Assembly (NCBI GenBank): GCA_964485515.1
Contig: CAZALT010000004.1
Location: 1 to 53,160 of the forward strand
Length of the DNA: 53,160 nucleotides
Source: an uncultured Rhabdothermincola sp.
GTDB taxonomy: Bacteria > Actinomycetota > Acidimicrobiia > Acidimicrobiales > Acidimicrobilacustridaceae
Direction of reading: 5' to 3'
Below are positions 17,296 through 25,979 of the stretch, in pieces (position 1 is the stretch's first letter; each line of letters opens with the position of its first letter). The notes under the pieces are model-generated. The model was not told the DNA's origin, searched no databases, and was given only the letters and a program-made list of their open reading frames with translations. The position numbers were made by a program, and so were the translations under genes.

Positions 17296-18103
17296 GCCAG
17301 GCGACCGTCATCCCGCCGAGGTGCTCGCGCCGTGCAGCCTTGACGGGCTCGTCGCCCTCGTCACCGGTGGTGGGTCGGGCCTGGGTCGAGCGATCACGCG
17401 GCGACTCAACGCGCTCGGCGCGATGGTGTGGATCGTGGGACGTACCCAGCAGGACCTCGAGACGACGGTTGCGGGCTGCGAGGTACCGTCGCGCTGCTTC
17501 TCCCAGGTCTGCGACGTGCGCGACCGCGAGGCGTTCACCGCGCTGGTCGCTCAGATCGGCGAGATCAGCGGTCTCGACCTGCTCGTCAACAACGCCGGCG
17601 GTCAGTTCTTCGCCCCAGCGACGGACATCTCACCCGGTGGCTGGCGGTCGGTTCTGGAGCTGAACCTCGACTCGGTCTTCTGGGCGTGTTCGGCGGCCTA
17701 CCCCTACCTGCGCCGATCGTCCGGCCCCTCGATCGTCAGCATCTCGTTGAGCGGAGTCGAGCGCGGTGGCATGGGCATGGCGCACTCGATAGCGGCGCGT
17801 TCGGGCGTGCTGGGCCTGTCCCGCACGTTGGCGCTCGAATGGGCGAACGACGGGATCCGGGTCAACTGCCTCGGGCCTGGAACGGTGGTCACCGAACGGC
17901 TCGAGGCCAACGCCGATCCGGCCGTGCTCGACGCACTGGTCGCCGCCACGCCACTCGGTCGCGCGACCGAGCCCGAGGAGGTCGCCGAGATCGTGTGCCT
18001 GCTTGCGTCGCGTGCGGGAGCGATGACCACGGGTCAACTCATCCAGGTCGACGGCGGCGCGAACCTGGGTGCCGGACTCCACATGATCGATGCCACCGCG
18101 TGA
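17288..18103 (+). CDS. SDR-family oxidoreductase
   Basis: ORF 17186..18103 trimmed to ATG 17288 (8-nt overlap with the ligase stop). VTGGGSGLGRA, NNAGG, HSIAARSG region. PGTVVTE. Confidence 0.9.
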   Translation: MAEPGDRHPAEVLAPCSLDGLVALVTGGGSGLGRAITRRLNALGAMVWIVGRTQQDLETTVAGCEVPSRCFSQVCDVRDREAFTALVAQIGEISGLDLLVNNAGGQFFAPATDISPGGWRSVLELNLDSVFWACSAAYPYLRRSSGPSIVSISLSGVERGGMGMAHSIAARSGVLGLSRTLALEWANDGIRVNCLGPGTVVTERLEANADPAVLDALVAATPLGRATEPEEVAEIVCLLASRAGAMTTGQLIQVDGGANLGAGLHMIDATA

Positions 18104-18600
18104 CCAAACCCCTACCCGACGGTTCTGACGGACCGGACTACGAGCGCTTGCGTGACCGTCTCGGCCGCGGCGCGCCGTTCGTCGACCTCATCGGCGCACG
18201 CCTCGACGAGCTCGGACCGGGGTTCAGCGTCGTGTCTCTGGCGATGACCCCGTCGCTGACCAACGGGGTCGGCACGTTCCATGCCGGCGCCCTTTTCGCG
18301 GGCGCCGACACCGCGGCCGGATCGGCCGCGTTCGGGCTGCTCGCCACGGTGGCGCGTCTGCGCGAGGTCGTCCTGGTCACCCGCAACGCCGATATCGACT
18401 TCCGACAGCCGGCGAGCTCCGATCTGCTCGTGCGGGCGACGGTGCGCGGCAGCCACGACGAGCTGCTCGACCCATGGAGGGAGGAACGTCCGGTGCGCCT
18501 GCCCGTCGGCGTTGAGCTGTTCAGCGCCGCCCCGGAAGGTGCGAGACCGACGTGGGTCGGCACCGCCACCTTCACCTGCGTGGCGTGGCGCAACACCTGA
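18100..18600 (+). CDS. Hotdog-fold thioesterase (PaaI/4HBT-like)
   Basis: GTG 18100 overlaps the SDR stop (GTGA). GVGTFHAGALFAGADTAAG matches the PaaI-type G-x-x-H-G-G region loosely. About 166 aa. Confidence 0.75.
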   Translation: MTKPLPDGSDGPDYERLRDRLGRGAPFVDLIGARLDELGPGFSVVSLAMTPSLTNGVGTFHAGALFAGADTAAGSAAFGLLATVARLREVVLVTRNADIDFRQPASSDLLVRATVRGSHDELLDPWREERPVRLPVGVELFSAAPEGARPTWVGTATFTCVAWRNT

Positions 18601-18619
18601 GGCGCGACGCGTCGGGCGG

Positions 18620-19675
18620 TCAGAGCGGGTAGCCGACGAGCAGGCTCCACGGGTCGTCGATGGTCGCGTCGGCGCCGATCTGCTCGCTGCACCACAGGCT
18701 GGTGCCGTCCTCCTGCTGCCAGGACCAAAGGCGCGAGGTCGACCGGGCGAGCGCGTGCTCGTCGGTGAACCCGATCGCACCGTGGAGCTGGTGGGCGGAG
18801 CGGGCGACGAGCGCGGCGCACTCGTTCGCCTGGACCTTCGCGGCGAGGGTCGCGATCTCCACGCCGGTCGCGTCGGCCCATCCCGGGCGGGTCAGCGCCG
18901 CGGCCGCGTCGACCGCGGTCGCGGCGGCCACGGTGATGGATGCCATCGCTGCAACGGTGTGTTGCACGACCTGGTAGCGGGCGAGCGGCTTGCCGAACTG
19001 CACCCGGCCCTGGACGTGGTCGATGGCGTGTTGGCAGGCGGTCTCGGCCGCTCCGACGATCATCGCGGCGCGCCCCAGGCGCGCCTGACGGGAGAGCTCG
19101 GTGAGGAGTGCGGGGTCGCATGACGCGACGGCGCTCGAACCGACGAGGAGATCGAGGTTCGCGGAGTCCCGTGGCTCGCCCGCCATGTTCGTGCCGGTCT
19201 GCCACGTGATCGACTGGGGATCGAGCTGGACGATGCGGCACGAGCCGTCCGCGTCCTGCGAGGCGATGACGAGGAGGTCGGCGGCGGCGCCCCACGGAAC
19301 CCGGGAGAGCGGTCCCGCGAGGTGCCAGCCGTCCTCGCCCTGCGACAGGCGCAGCGGAGATCGGGTGTAGGTCAGGGGCCCCGACGGCACGGTCACGCCG
19401 ACGGCGTGGAGCGCGAGCCCGGCGAGCCGGGTCTCGAGGAGGGGGATCGGGCTCGCCCCGGCGGCGACCATGCGCAGCGCCAGGAGGGCGTGCTCGATCT
19501 CGCCGTCACCCCCGTTGGCGGCGGCGGGCAGCGTCACGTGGGTGAGCCCCATCGACTCGACGTCGAGCCAAGCCTTCACGTCGAAGGCGGGAGCTGCGTT
19601 GAGCGCGATGCCGTGCGTCGGTGGTTCGAAGATGGCGGCGAGGGTCCCGCGCAGGAGGTCGAGGTCGTCGCTCAT
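18620..19675 (-). CDS. Acyl-CoA dehydrogenase family protein, beta-type subunit of a heteromeric pair
   Basis: ORF 18620..19954 trimmed to ATG 19675 (ATGA overlap with the upstream ACAD). ACAD C-terminal domain (FGKPLARYQVVQHTVAAMA, HQLHGAIGFTDEHAL) but a short, divergent N-terminal half. Confidence 0.8.
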   Translation of the reverse strand: MSDDLDLLRGTLAAIFEPPTHGIALNAAPAFDVKAWLDVESMGLTHVTLPAAANGGDGEIEHALLALRMVAAGASPIPLLETRLAGLALHAVGVTVPSGPLTYTRSPLRLSQGEDGWHLAGPLSRVPWGAAADLLVIASQDADGSCRIVQLDPQSITWQTGTNMAGEPRDSANLDLLVGSSAVASCDPALLTELSRQARLGRAAMIVGAAETACQHAIDHVQGRVQFGKPLARYQVVQHTVAAMASITVAAATAVDAAAALTRPGWADATGVEIATLAAKVQANECAALVARSAHQLHGAIGFTDEHALARSTSRLWSWQQEDGTSLWCSEQIGADATIDDPWSLLVGYPL

Positions 19676-20841
19676 CGGAGCTCCAGCGACCGGGCGATGA
19701 GACCGCGGAGCACCTCGTTGGTGCCGCCGCGGATGGTGAAGCCGGGGGAGTGGAGCGTCGCCGACGCGAGCATGCGGGCGAGCGGGTCGTCGCTCGTCGG
19801 GTCGGCGGGGGTGTCGAGCACGGCGAGTGCCGCCTCGACGACGTCCTGCTCGAAGGTCGTGCCGAGGTCCTTGACCAGCGCGGCCGCGACCATCGGTGCC
19901 TCGCCCTTGCCGAGCGCCCCGGCGATCGCTAGGGAGAGCTGGCGAAGGGTCCACAGCCGGGCGACCAGCGCGCCGACCACGGGCCGCAGGGCGCGGCCGA
20001 CCTCATCGTCGGTCGCGCCTCGGGCCGCCATCTCGGCGAGGAGGGGGTAGGTGCTGAGGAAGCGCTCCGGCCCGCTGCGCTCGTAGGCGAGCTCGGACGT
20101 GACCTGGCTCCAGCCGTCGCCCACCCCCCCGAGGACCTGATCGTCGGGGACGAAGACGTCGTCGAACACGACCTCGTTGAAGTGGTGAGCGCCGGTCAGC
20201 AGCCGGATCGGGTTGATGGTCACACCCGCGGCCGGGAGGTCCACGACGAACTGGCTCAGACCGGCGTGCCGGGGACCGTCGCCGACGGAAGCCGACCGCG
20301 CGAGCACGACGATGGCAGCGCACTCGTGGGCGCCGCTCGTCCAGACCTTCGTGCCGTCGAGGCGCCAGCCGCCGTCGACCCTGGTTGCCTTCGTCCGCAC
20401 GGCAGCGAGGTCCGATCCGGCGTCGGGCTCGCTGAGGCCGATGGCGAAGTAGCAGGTGCCGGCGACGATGCCGGGCAGGTAGCGGTCCTGGAGGTGCGCC
20501 GTACCGTGCTTGAGGAGCGCCGGGGCGATCTGCCGATCAGAGAACCAATGGGCGGCGACCGGCGCTCCGGCAGCGAGCAGCTCCTCGATCACGACGTAGC
20601 GATCGAGCGGGCTGTGGCCGTGGCCGCCGTGCTCGACCGGGATGGTCATGCCGATCCAGCCGCGAGCCGCGAGCGCCTGGCTGAACGCCGGATCCCAACC
20701 AGCGAGCCACGCGTCGACGCGAGGTGTGAACTGCCCGCTCGCCCGCGCCTCGGCGAGGAACGAGCGCACGTCAGCACGGAGATCCCAGGTCGACTCGTCG
20801 AGGGGGTTGGGGACCGGGACGAGCGTCGAGAGGTCAGGCAC
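19672..20841 (-). CDS. Acyl-CoA dehydrogenase, alpha-type subunit
   Basis: 389 aa. GWIGMTIPVEHGGHG, FAIGLSEPDAGSD, KVWTSGAH, IRGGTNEVLRGLIA. GTG start overlapping the upstream hydratase stop by 8 nt. Confidence 0.9.
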   Translation of the reverse strand: MPDLSTLVPVPNPLDESTWDLRADVRSFLAEARASGQFTPRVDAWLAGWDPAFSQALAARGWIGMTIPVEHGGHGHSPLDRYVVIEELLAAGAPVAAHWFSDRQIAPALLKHGTAHLQDRYLPGIVAGTCYFAIGLSEPDAGSDLAAVRTKATRVDGGWRLDGTKVWTSGAHECAAIVVLARSASVGDGPRHAGLSQFVVDLPAAGVTINPIRLLTGAHHFNEVVFDDVFVPDDQVLGGVGDGWSQVTSELAYERSGPERFLSTYPLLAEMAARGATDDEVGRALRPVVGALVARLWTLRQLSLAIAGALGKGEAPMVAAALVKDLGTTFEQDVVEAALAVLDTPADPTSDDPLARMLASATLHSPGFTIRGGTNEVLRGLIARSLELR

Positions 20842-21607
20842 CGACCCACCTCGGGGTCCGCTTCTCCCCGAAGGCCTTCGCCCCTTCGGCCGCGTCGGCC
20901 GACTTGCGTACCGGATCGACGATGGGCTCCTGGCGGTCGAAGACCTCGTGGACAGGCCAGTCGACCGACTCGCGCACGACTCGCTTCGAGGCAGCCGCGG
21001 CGAGCGGGGCGTTCGCCGCGACGACTGCGGCGAGCTCGAGGGCGGCCGGGAGCGCCTCGCCGGCAGGCGTGAGCCGGTTGATGAGCCCGAGCTCGAGTGC
21101 TCGGGCCGGCTCGATGGGCTCCCCCGAGAGGATCAGCTCCATGGCCTGGTGGTAGGGGATGCGGTGCGGCAGGCGGAAGAGGCCGCCGCCGCTCGCGGTG
21201 AGCCCCCGCTTGACCTCCGGGAGTCCGAAGCGGGCCCGTTCCGACGCCACGATGAGGTCGCAGGCCAGCACCACCTCGAAGCCGCCGCCCATGGCGGGGC
21301 CGTCCACCACGGCGATCAGCGGTTTGGTGGCGGGCTGCTTCACGATGCCGGCGAACCCGCGCGGGCCGAACACCATCTCCTCGCCGCGGGCGAACGCCTT
21401 GAGGTCCATGCCGGCGCAGAAGGCGGGACCGTTGCCGGCGATGACGCCGACGCGCAGCTCGGACTCGTCGTCGAGGCGATCGAGGGCCGCGGCGATGAGC
21501 GCCGACACCTCGGTGTTGATGGCGTTGCGGGCGTCGGGACGGTTGAGGGTGACGACGAGGATGCCATCGCCGACGACCTCGGTGAGAACGGGCGAGGTGT
21601 CGGTCAT
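20834..21607 (-). CDS. Enoyl-CoA hydratase/isomerase (crotonase) family
   Basis: 257 aa. LVVTLNRPDARNA, FCAGMDLK, VDGPAMGGGFEVVLACDL. Confidence 0.9.
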   Translation of the reverse strand: MTDTSPVLTEVVGDGILVVTLNRPDARNAINTEVSALIAAALDRLDDESELRVGVIAGNGPAFCAGMDLKAFARGEEMVFGPRGFAGIVKQPATKPLIAVVDGPAMGGGFEVVLACDLIVASERARFGLPEVKRGLTASGGGLFRLPHRIPYHQAMELILSGEPIEPARALELGLINRLTPAGEALPAALELAAVVAANAPLAAAASKRVVRESVDWPVHEVFDRQEPIVDPVRKSADAAEGAKAFGEKRTPRWVGA

Positions 21608-22362
21608 CGGGGCCCCATCCGCACGGCGCCGTCGAGGCGGATCGTCTCGCCGTTCAACATCCCGTTCCCGATGATCTGCATCGCCAGGTCGGCGTACTCG
21701 GCGGGATCACCGAACCGCCGAGGGTGCGGGGTGGTCTCCGCCAGCTTCTCGCGAGCGGCGTCGGGCACCCGGGCGAGCAGCGGCGTGTCGAACAGGCCGG
21801 GGGCGATGGTCGACACGCGGATCTGCTTGCTGGCGAGGTCTCGGGCGGCCACGAGCGTAAGTCCGACGATGCCCGCCTTCGACGACGCGTAGGCGGTCTG
21901 GCCGACCTGGCCCTCCCACGCCGCGACCGACGCCGTGAGGACGCACACGCCGCGGTCGCCGTCGACCGGGTCGTTCGTCGCCATCGACGCAGCGGCGAGG
22001 CGCAGCACGTTGTAGGTGCCGACGAGGTTGATCTCGATCGTGTCCTGGAACTCGTCGAGCGACCCCGGATTGCCGTCCCGGTCGAGGACGCGGACCGGGC
22101 CGCCTCGACCGGCGCAGTGCACCAGGGCGCGGAGGGGTGCGAGGTCGGCGGCCATGGCGACCGCCGCGTTGACCTGGTCGGTGTCGCGGATGTCGGCGGG
22201 GCTGAACCGTGCCCCGATGTCGGCCGCGACCTTGGCGCCGTCGGAGGACGGGAGGTCGACGATCACGACCGAGGAGCCTTCGGCGACGAGGCGCGTGGCG
22301 GCGGCCAGGCCGAGCCCGGAGGCCCCGCCGGTGACCAGGGAGCTGGACGATTGGAGGTGCAA
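21604..22362 (-). CDS. 3-hydroxyacyl-CoA dehydrogenase type II-like SDR
   Basis: 252 aa, TTG start. VTGGASGLGLA, ASVAAWEGQVGQTAYASSKAGIVG, APGLFDTP. ATGA overlap with the downstream hydratase start. Confidence 0.9.
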   Translation of the reverse strand: MHLQSSSSLVTGGASGLGLAAATRLVAEGSSVVIVDLPSSDGAKVAADIGARFSPADIRDTDQVNAAVAMAADLAPLRALVHCAGRGGPVRVLDRDGNPGSLDEFQDTIEINLVGTYNVLRLAAASMATNDPVDGDRGVCVLTASVAAWEGQVGQTAYASSKAGIVGLTLVAARDLASKQIRVSTIAPGLFDTPLLARVPDAAREKLAETTPHPRRFGDPAEYADLAMQIIGNGMLNGETIRLDGAVRMGPR

Positions 22363-22447
22363 GGCGGTCTCTGCTTTCGGGTGGAGATGGTGCTCGATCG
22401 GCGGGCGTGGCCAGGCGTAGAGGTCGAGCTGGACGGGGAGTCGAGGA

Positions 22448-23644
22448 TCAGATCGTCAGGTTCTCGATGAGCGTGGCGTTGGCCATGCCAGTGCCTTCGC
22501 ACATGACTTGGAGGCCGTAGCGGTTGCCCTCGGCGACGAGGTTGTGCACGAGCGTCCCCATGAGGCGGGTGCCCGACGCGCCGAGCGGGTGGCCGAGGGC
22601 GATGGCCCCGCCGAGCGGGTTGACCCGGTTGTCATCGATGCCGAACTCGCGCTGCCAGGCGAGCGGGATCGAGGCGAAGGCCTCGTTCACCTCGAACTGG
22701 GCGATGTCGTCGAGACGGACCCCGCTCGACGCGAGGATCTTCTCCGTCACCGGGATCGGACCGGTAAGCATCAGGATCGGGTCGGAACCGCACACGGCGA
22801 ACGAGTGGAACCGTGCGAGCGGTCGGAGGTCGAGCGCGGCGGCGCGCTCGGCGCTCATGATGAGCATGGCGCTGGCGCCGTCGGCGAACTGGGAGGAGTT
22901 GCCGGCGGTGACGCTCCAGCTGATCTCCGGGAAGCGGGCGGCCATCTCGTCGTCCTCGAACGACGGGTTGAGGCCGCGGAGTCGCTCGGTGGTGGTGCCG
23001 GCCCGGATCGTCTCGTCGTGCTCGACGCGCACGGCCCCGTCTTCGCCCGGCACGAAGATCGGCGTGATCTCCCTGGCGAACCGACCGCTCGTCGCGGCGT
23101 CGTCGGCTCGGGCGTGGGACCGGGCGGCGAAGTCGTCCATCTCGGAGCGGGAGATGTCCCATCTGGCGGCGATGAGCTCCGCGGCGATTCCCTGGGACAC
23201 CAGTCCGGGCGCGTACCGCGCCTCGACGGAGGGGCCAAACGGATCGACCCCCATGCGAGCGAGTCCCATGGGTACCCGGCTCATCGATTCGAGTCCGCCG
23301 ACGACGGCGACGTCGTAGGCGCCGGCCATGATCGCCTGGGCGCCGAAGTGGGCGGCCTGCTGGCTCGATCCGCAACGGCGATCGATCGTGACGGCCGGGA
23401 CGTGCTCGGGTCCGTCGGCGGCGAGCCAGGCCGCTCGGCCGGGGCAACCAGCCTGATCCTTGGCCTGGCTGACGCACCCGATGAGGACGTCATCGACGGT
23501 TCCCGGGTCGATTCCGGTGCGGTCGAGGAGCGAGCGGATGGTCTGGGCGAGGAGCTCGACCGCGTGCAGACCAGAGAGGGCGCCACCCGGCTTTCCCCGT
23601 CCCATGGGGGATCGGACGGCCTCCACGATCACGGCTTCGGTCAT
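22448..23644 (-). CDS. Thiolase (acetyl-CoA C-acyltransferase)
   Basis: 398 aa. Nucleophile region RRCGSSQQA, NEAFAS, GGAIALGHPLGASG, C-terminal CEGTGMA. SD GAGGAG. Confidence 0.95.
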   Translation of the reverse strand: MTEAVIVEAVRSPMGRGKPGGALSGLHAVELLAQTIRSLLDRTGIDPGTVDDVLIGCVSQAKDQAGCPGRAAWLAADGPEHVPAVTIDRRCGSSQQAAHFGAQAIMAGAYDVAVVGGLESMSRVPMGLARMGVDPFGPSVEARYAPGLVSQGIAAELIAARWDISRSEMDDFAARSHARADDAATSGRFAREITPIFVPGEDGAVRVEHDETIRAGTTTERLRGLNPSFEDDEMAARFPEISWSVTAGNSSQFADGASAMLIMSAERAAALDLRPLARFHSFAVCGSDPILMLTGPIPVTEKILASSGVRLDDIAQFEVNEAFASIPLAWQREFGIDDNRVNPLGGAIALGHPLGASGTRLMGTLVHNLVAEGNRYGLQVMCEGTGMANATLIENLTI

Positions 23645-23678
23645 GTTTCGGGCTCCTCAACTGATTCTGGACAGTTCA

Positions 23679-23697
23679 GTCATACCAAGTAGGATGT
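23679..23697 (-). promoter_or_regulatory. Island operator motif, copy C (weaker; plus-strand gtcATACcaaGTAGGatgt)
   Basis: Core ATAC-N3-GTAG, about 12 of 17 defined consensus positions. Sits between the divergent thiolase (start 23644) and ACAD (start 23799). Confidence 0.4.
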
Positions 23698-23798
23698 TTT
23701 CTGCCAAGTCGAAAGTTGGCCGCTCGCGACGCTCGCGACACCTCGCGCTGCCGCCAGCCGTTGTCCGATCGCTCGCCGCTGATCACCGGGAGATGCAC

Positions 23799-24980
23799 AT
23801 GTCCATGTATTGGGAACCGAAGCTCGACGACGTCGGCGTGAAGTGGCGAGATCTCGCCGAGCAGCTCACCGCCGACGTGTTCGCACCTCGAGCGGCCGAG
23901 CTCGACCTTGAGGGCCGCTATCCGTGGGACAGCGTGGCGCTCCTCGTCGAGAGCGGCCTGGCCGCTCCCTTCGTGCCGGTCGAGTACGGCGGCCACGGCT
24001 TGCCGCTGACCGCCGTGTGCGCCGTTGCCGAAGCCGTATCACGCGGGTGCGCCTCGACCGGCGCCATCCTGAGCGCCTACGCCCTGGGTGCGGTCCCGAT
24101 CATCCTCGCCGGCACCGACGAGCAGAAGGCCGCGTACCTCGGCGAGGTCGTCCGCGGCAACGCCGTCAGCTTCGCCCTCACCGAGGTCGGCGCCGGCAGC
24201 GATGCCTCGGCCATCAAGACCACGGCCGTACCCGAAGGCGGCGGCTGGCGCATCCGCGGCGAGAAGATCTACATCGGCAATGGCGGTGCCTCGAAGTACT
24301 ACATCGTCTTCGCCCGCATCGAGGAAGGCGAGGGAGCAGGGAAGCTCACGGCGTTCTTCGTCGAGAAGGACACGCCCGGCGTGGTCATCGATCGGCTCGA
24401 AGAGAAGATGGGCATCCGCGGCACGATGACCAGCAACCTCAAGCTCGACACCGTCGTGCCCGACGACGCCATCCTCGGCGAGCGGGGCAAGGGCCTGCGC
24501 CTCGCGCTGCAGACCCTCAACCTCGGCCGCATCTCGGTGGCCGCCCAGTCGACCGGGGTCGGCCTCGCCGCGCTCGACGCCGCCGTGGCCGAGGCCTCAC
24601 GACGCTCGACCTTTGGCACGCCGATCATCCAGCACCAGGGCATCGGCTTCCGCCTGGCCGACGCGGCCACGCAGCTCACGCTCGCCCGCATGGTCACCTA
24701 TGAAGCGGCGGCGACCTACGACAACGGCGGCGACGTGTCGATCCTCGGCGCGATGGCCAAGCTCCACGCCAGCGAGGCCGCCCACTTCGCCGCCGACGCC
24801 GCGGTCCAGGTCTTCGGCGGCGACGGCTACTGCCAGCCCTGCATCGCCGAACGCCTCTACCGCGACCAGCGCGTGCTCGAGATCTACGAAGGCACATCGG
24901 AGATCCAGCGCGTCGTGATCTCCCGGCGGCTGCAGGTCGACGCCGACAAGCAGCGCGAGGCCGCCCTCGTCGAGAGCTGA
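23799..24980 (+). CDS. Acyl-CoA dehydrogenase (canonical MCAD/SCAD-type)
   Basis: ORF 23460..24980 trimmed to ATG 23799 (three in-frame ATGs at 23793/23799/23805; GGGAG at 23788-23792). FALTEVGAGSDA, IYIGNGG, EIYEGTSEIQRVVI. Confidence 0.9.
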   Translation: MSMYWEPKLDDVGVKWRDLAEQLTADVFAPRAAELDLEGRYPWDSVALLVESGLAAPFVPVEYGGHGLPLTAVCAVAEAVSRGCASTGAILSAYALGAVPIILAGTDEQKAAYLGEVVRGNAVSFALTEVGAGSDASAIKTTAVPEGGGWRIRGEKIYIGNGGASKYYIVFARIEEGEGAGKLTAFFVEKDTPGVVIDRLEEKMGIRGTMTSNLKLDTVVPDDAILGERGKGLRLALQTLNLGRISVAAQSTGVGLAALDAAVAEASRRSTFGTPIIQHQGIGFRLADAATQLTLARMVTYEAAATYDNGGDVSILGAMAKLHASEAAHFAADAAVQVFGGDGYCQPCIAERLYRDQRVLEIYEGTSEIQRVVISRRLQVDADKQREAALVES

Positions 24981-24997
24981 AGGTGAGCCACCCACTC

Positions 24998-25049
24998 GAA
25001 CTGGCAGGGAGCGTTCATCGCATCCGACGGATTTGGCCTGCCAGTTCGG
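24998..25049. terminator. 12-bp inverted repeat (CGAACTGGCAGG ... CCTGCCAGTTCG, 28-nt loop) between convergent genes
   Basis: Read directly. Lies between the ACAD stop (24980) and the tetR stop (25066). Confidence 0.35.
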
Positions 25050-25065
25050 CGCCGGTGGAAAGGGG

Positions 25066-25716
25066 CTACTTGGTCAGGCCGCCGACCACGAAGTTCGCCA
25101 TGGACTCGGCGATCTCCTGCTTGCGGGAGACGTCGCCGTCGACCCGCGGGTTGTACCAGACGCTCATCCAGTTGAGGGATCCGAGGACCGCCTTGGCGAG
25201 GATGCCGGCGTCGTTGCCCGCGAACTCGCCCGCCTCGATGCCCTGTGCGATGACGTCCTCGAAGCGCTCCTCGTAGTCGGCCCGCAGGGAGAAGACCTCG
25301 TCGATCTGCTCTTGGCGCGTGCGGCCCTCGCTCGCCAGGGTCATCTCCGCGTGCTGGACGGCGAGGCGCATGAAGCTGGTCTCGTTCATCATGAGCTCGG
25401 CGTGCGCCTCGGCCATAGCCCAGAGGCGCTCCCGGGGCGAGGCCGGTCCGCTGGTGTAGGGGGTCACGGCATCGATGGCGAGCTCGAGCGCGCGGCGATG
25501 GATGCCGACGAAGATCTCGCCCTTGGTGCGGAAGTAGTGGTACACCCGGCCCTTGGTGGCGCCGAGGCGGTCGGCGATGTCGTCGATGGAGGTTGCGGCG
25601 TAGCCACGCGTGGTGAACGCCTCGGCCGCGGCGGTGAGCACGGCGTTGCGGCCGGCCGACTGGCGGTCGGACAGGGCGGTTCGGGACTCAGAGTCGGTCT
25701 TGGCTGGGGGAACCAC
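25066..25716 (-). CDS. TetR/AcrR-family transcriptional regulator
   Basis: 216 aa, GTG start. HTH block ILTAAAEAFTTRGYAATSIDDIADRLGATKGRVYHYFRTKGEIF. Confidence 0.9.
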   Translation of the reverse strand: MVPPAKTDSESRTALSDRQSAGRNAVLTAAAEAFTTRGYAATSIDDIADRLGATKGRVYHYFRTKGEIFVGIHRRALELAIDAVTPYTSGPASPRERLWAMAEAHAELMMNETSFMRLAVQHAEMTLASEGRTRQEQIDEVFSLRADYEERFEDVIAQGIEAGEFAGNDAGILAKAVLGSLNWMSVWYNPRVDGDVSRKQEIAESMANFVVGGLTK

Positions 25717-25829
25717 GGAATACCTCGTTCGGGGGAGTCTGGACCCGGTGTCGGCGGGTCCGGTGGGGCGTCAGGAGCTGATGGCAGCGTGCAATCGTCA
25801 GAGAGGTCGGATCCGCCGCCGCCGGGGCG

Positions 25830-25848
25830 ATACTACTAAGTCGGTTGA
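25830..25848 (-). promoter_or_regulatory. Island operator/promoter motif, copy D (plus-strand ATACTACtaAGTcGGTTGA)
   Basis: One mismatch to consensus. TAGTAT reads on the minus strand, 114 nt upstream of the tetR start. Confidence 0.55.
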
Positions 25849-25960
25849 AGGGTACGGGTGATGAGCGTGCCTCAGTGTCGATCGATGAGTTAGAGGCTCG
25901 TGGATGCCCGCATGCCGTCACGGTGTCGGTTGAGCAACTTGACAAATGTCTCATCCCCTA

Positions 25961-25979
25961 CGAACCTACTCAGTAGTAT
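25961..25979 (+). promoter_or_regulatory. Island operator/promoter motif, copy E (cgAACCTACTcaGTAGTAT)
   Basis: Opposed to copy D in the same divergent region. The TAGTAT hexamer (25974-25979) overlaps ATG 25978. Confidence 0.6.

Noticed and set aside
25939-25944. Consensus TTGACA as the -35 for the motif-E promoter.
   Set aside because: It is 29 nt from the TAGTAT hexamer, and no -10-like hexamer lies 16-18 nt downstream of it.
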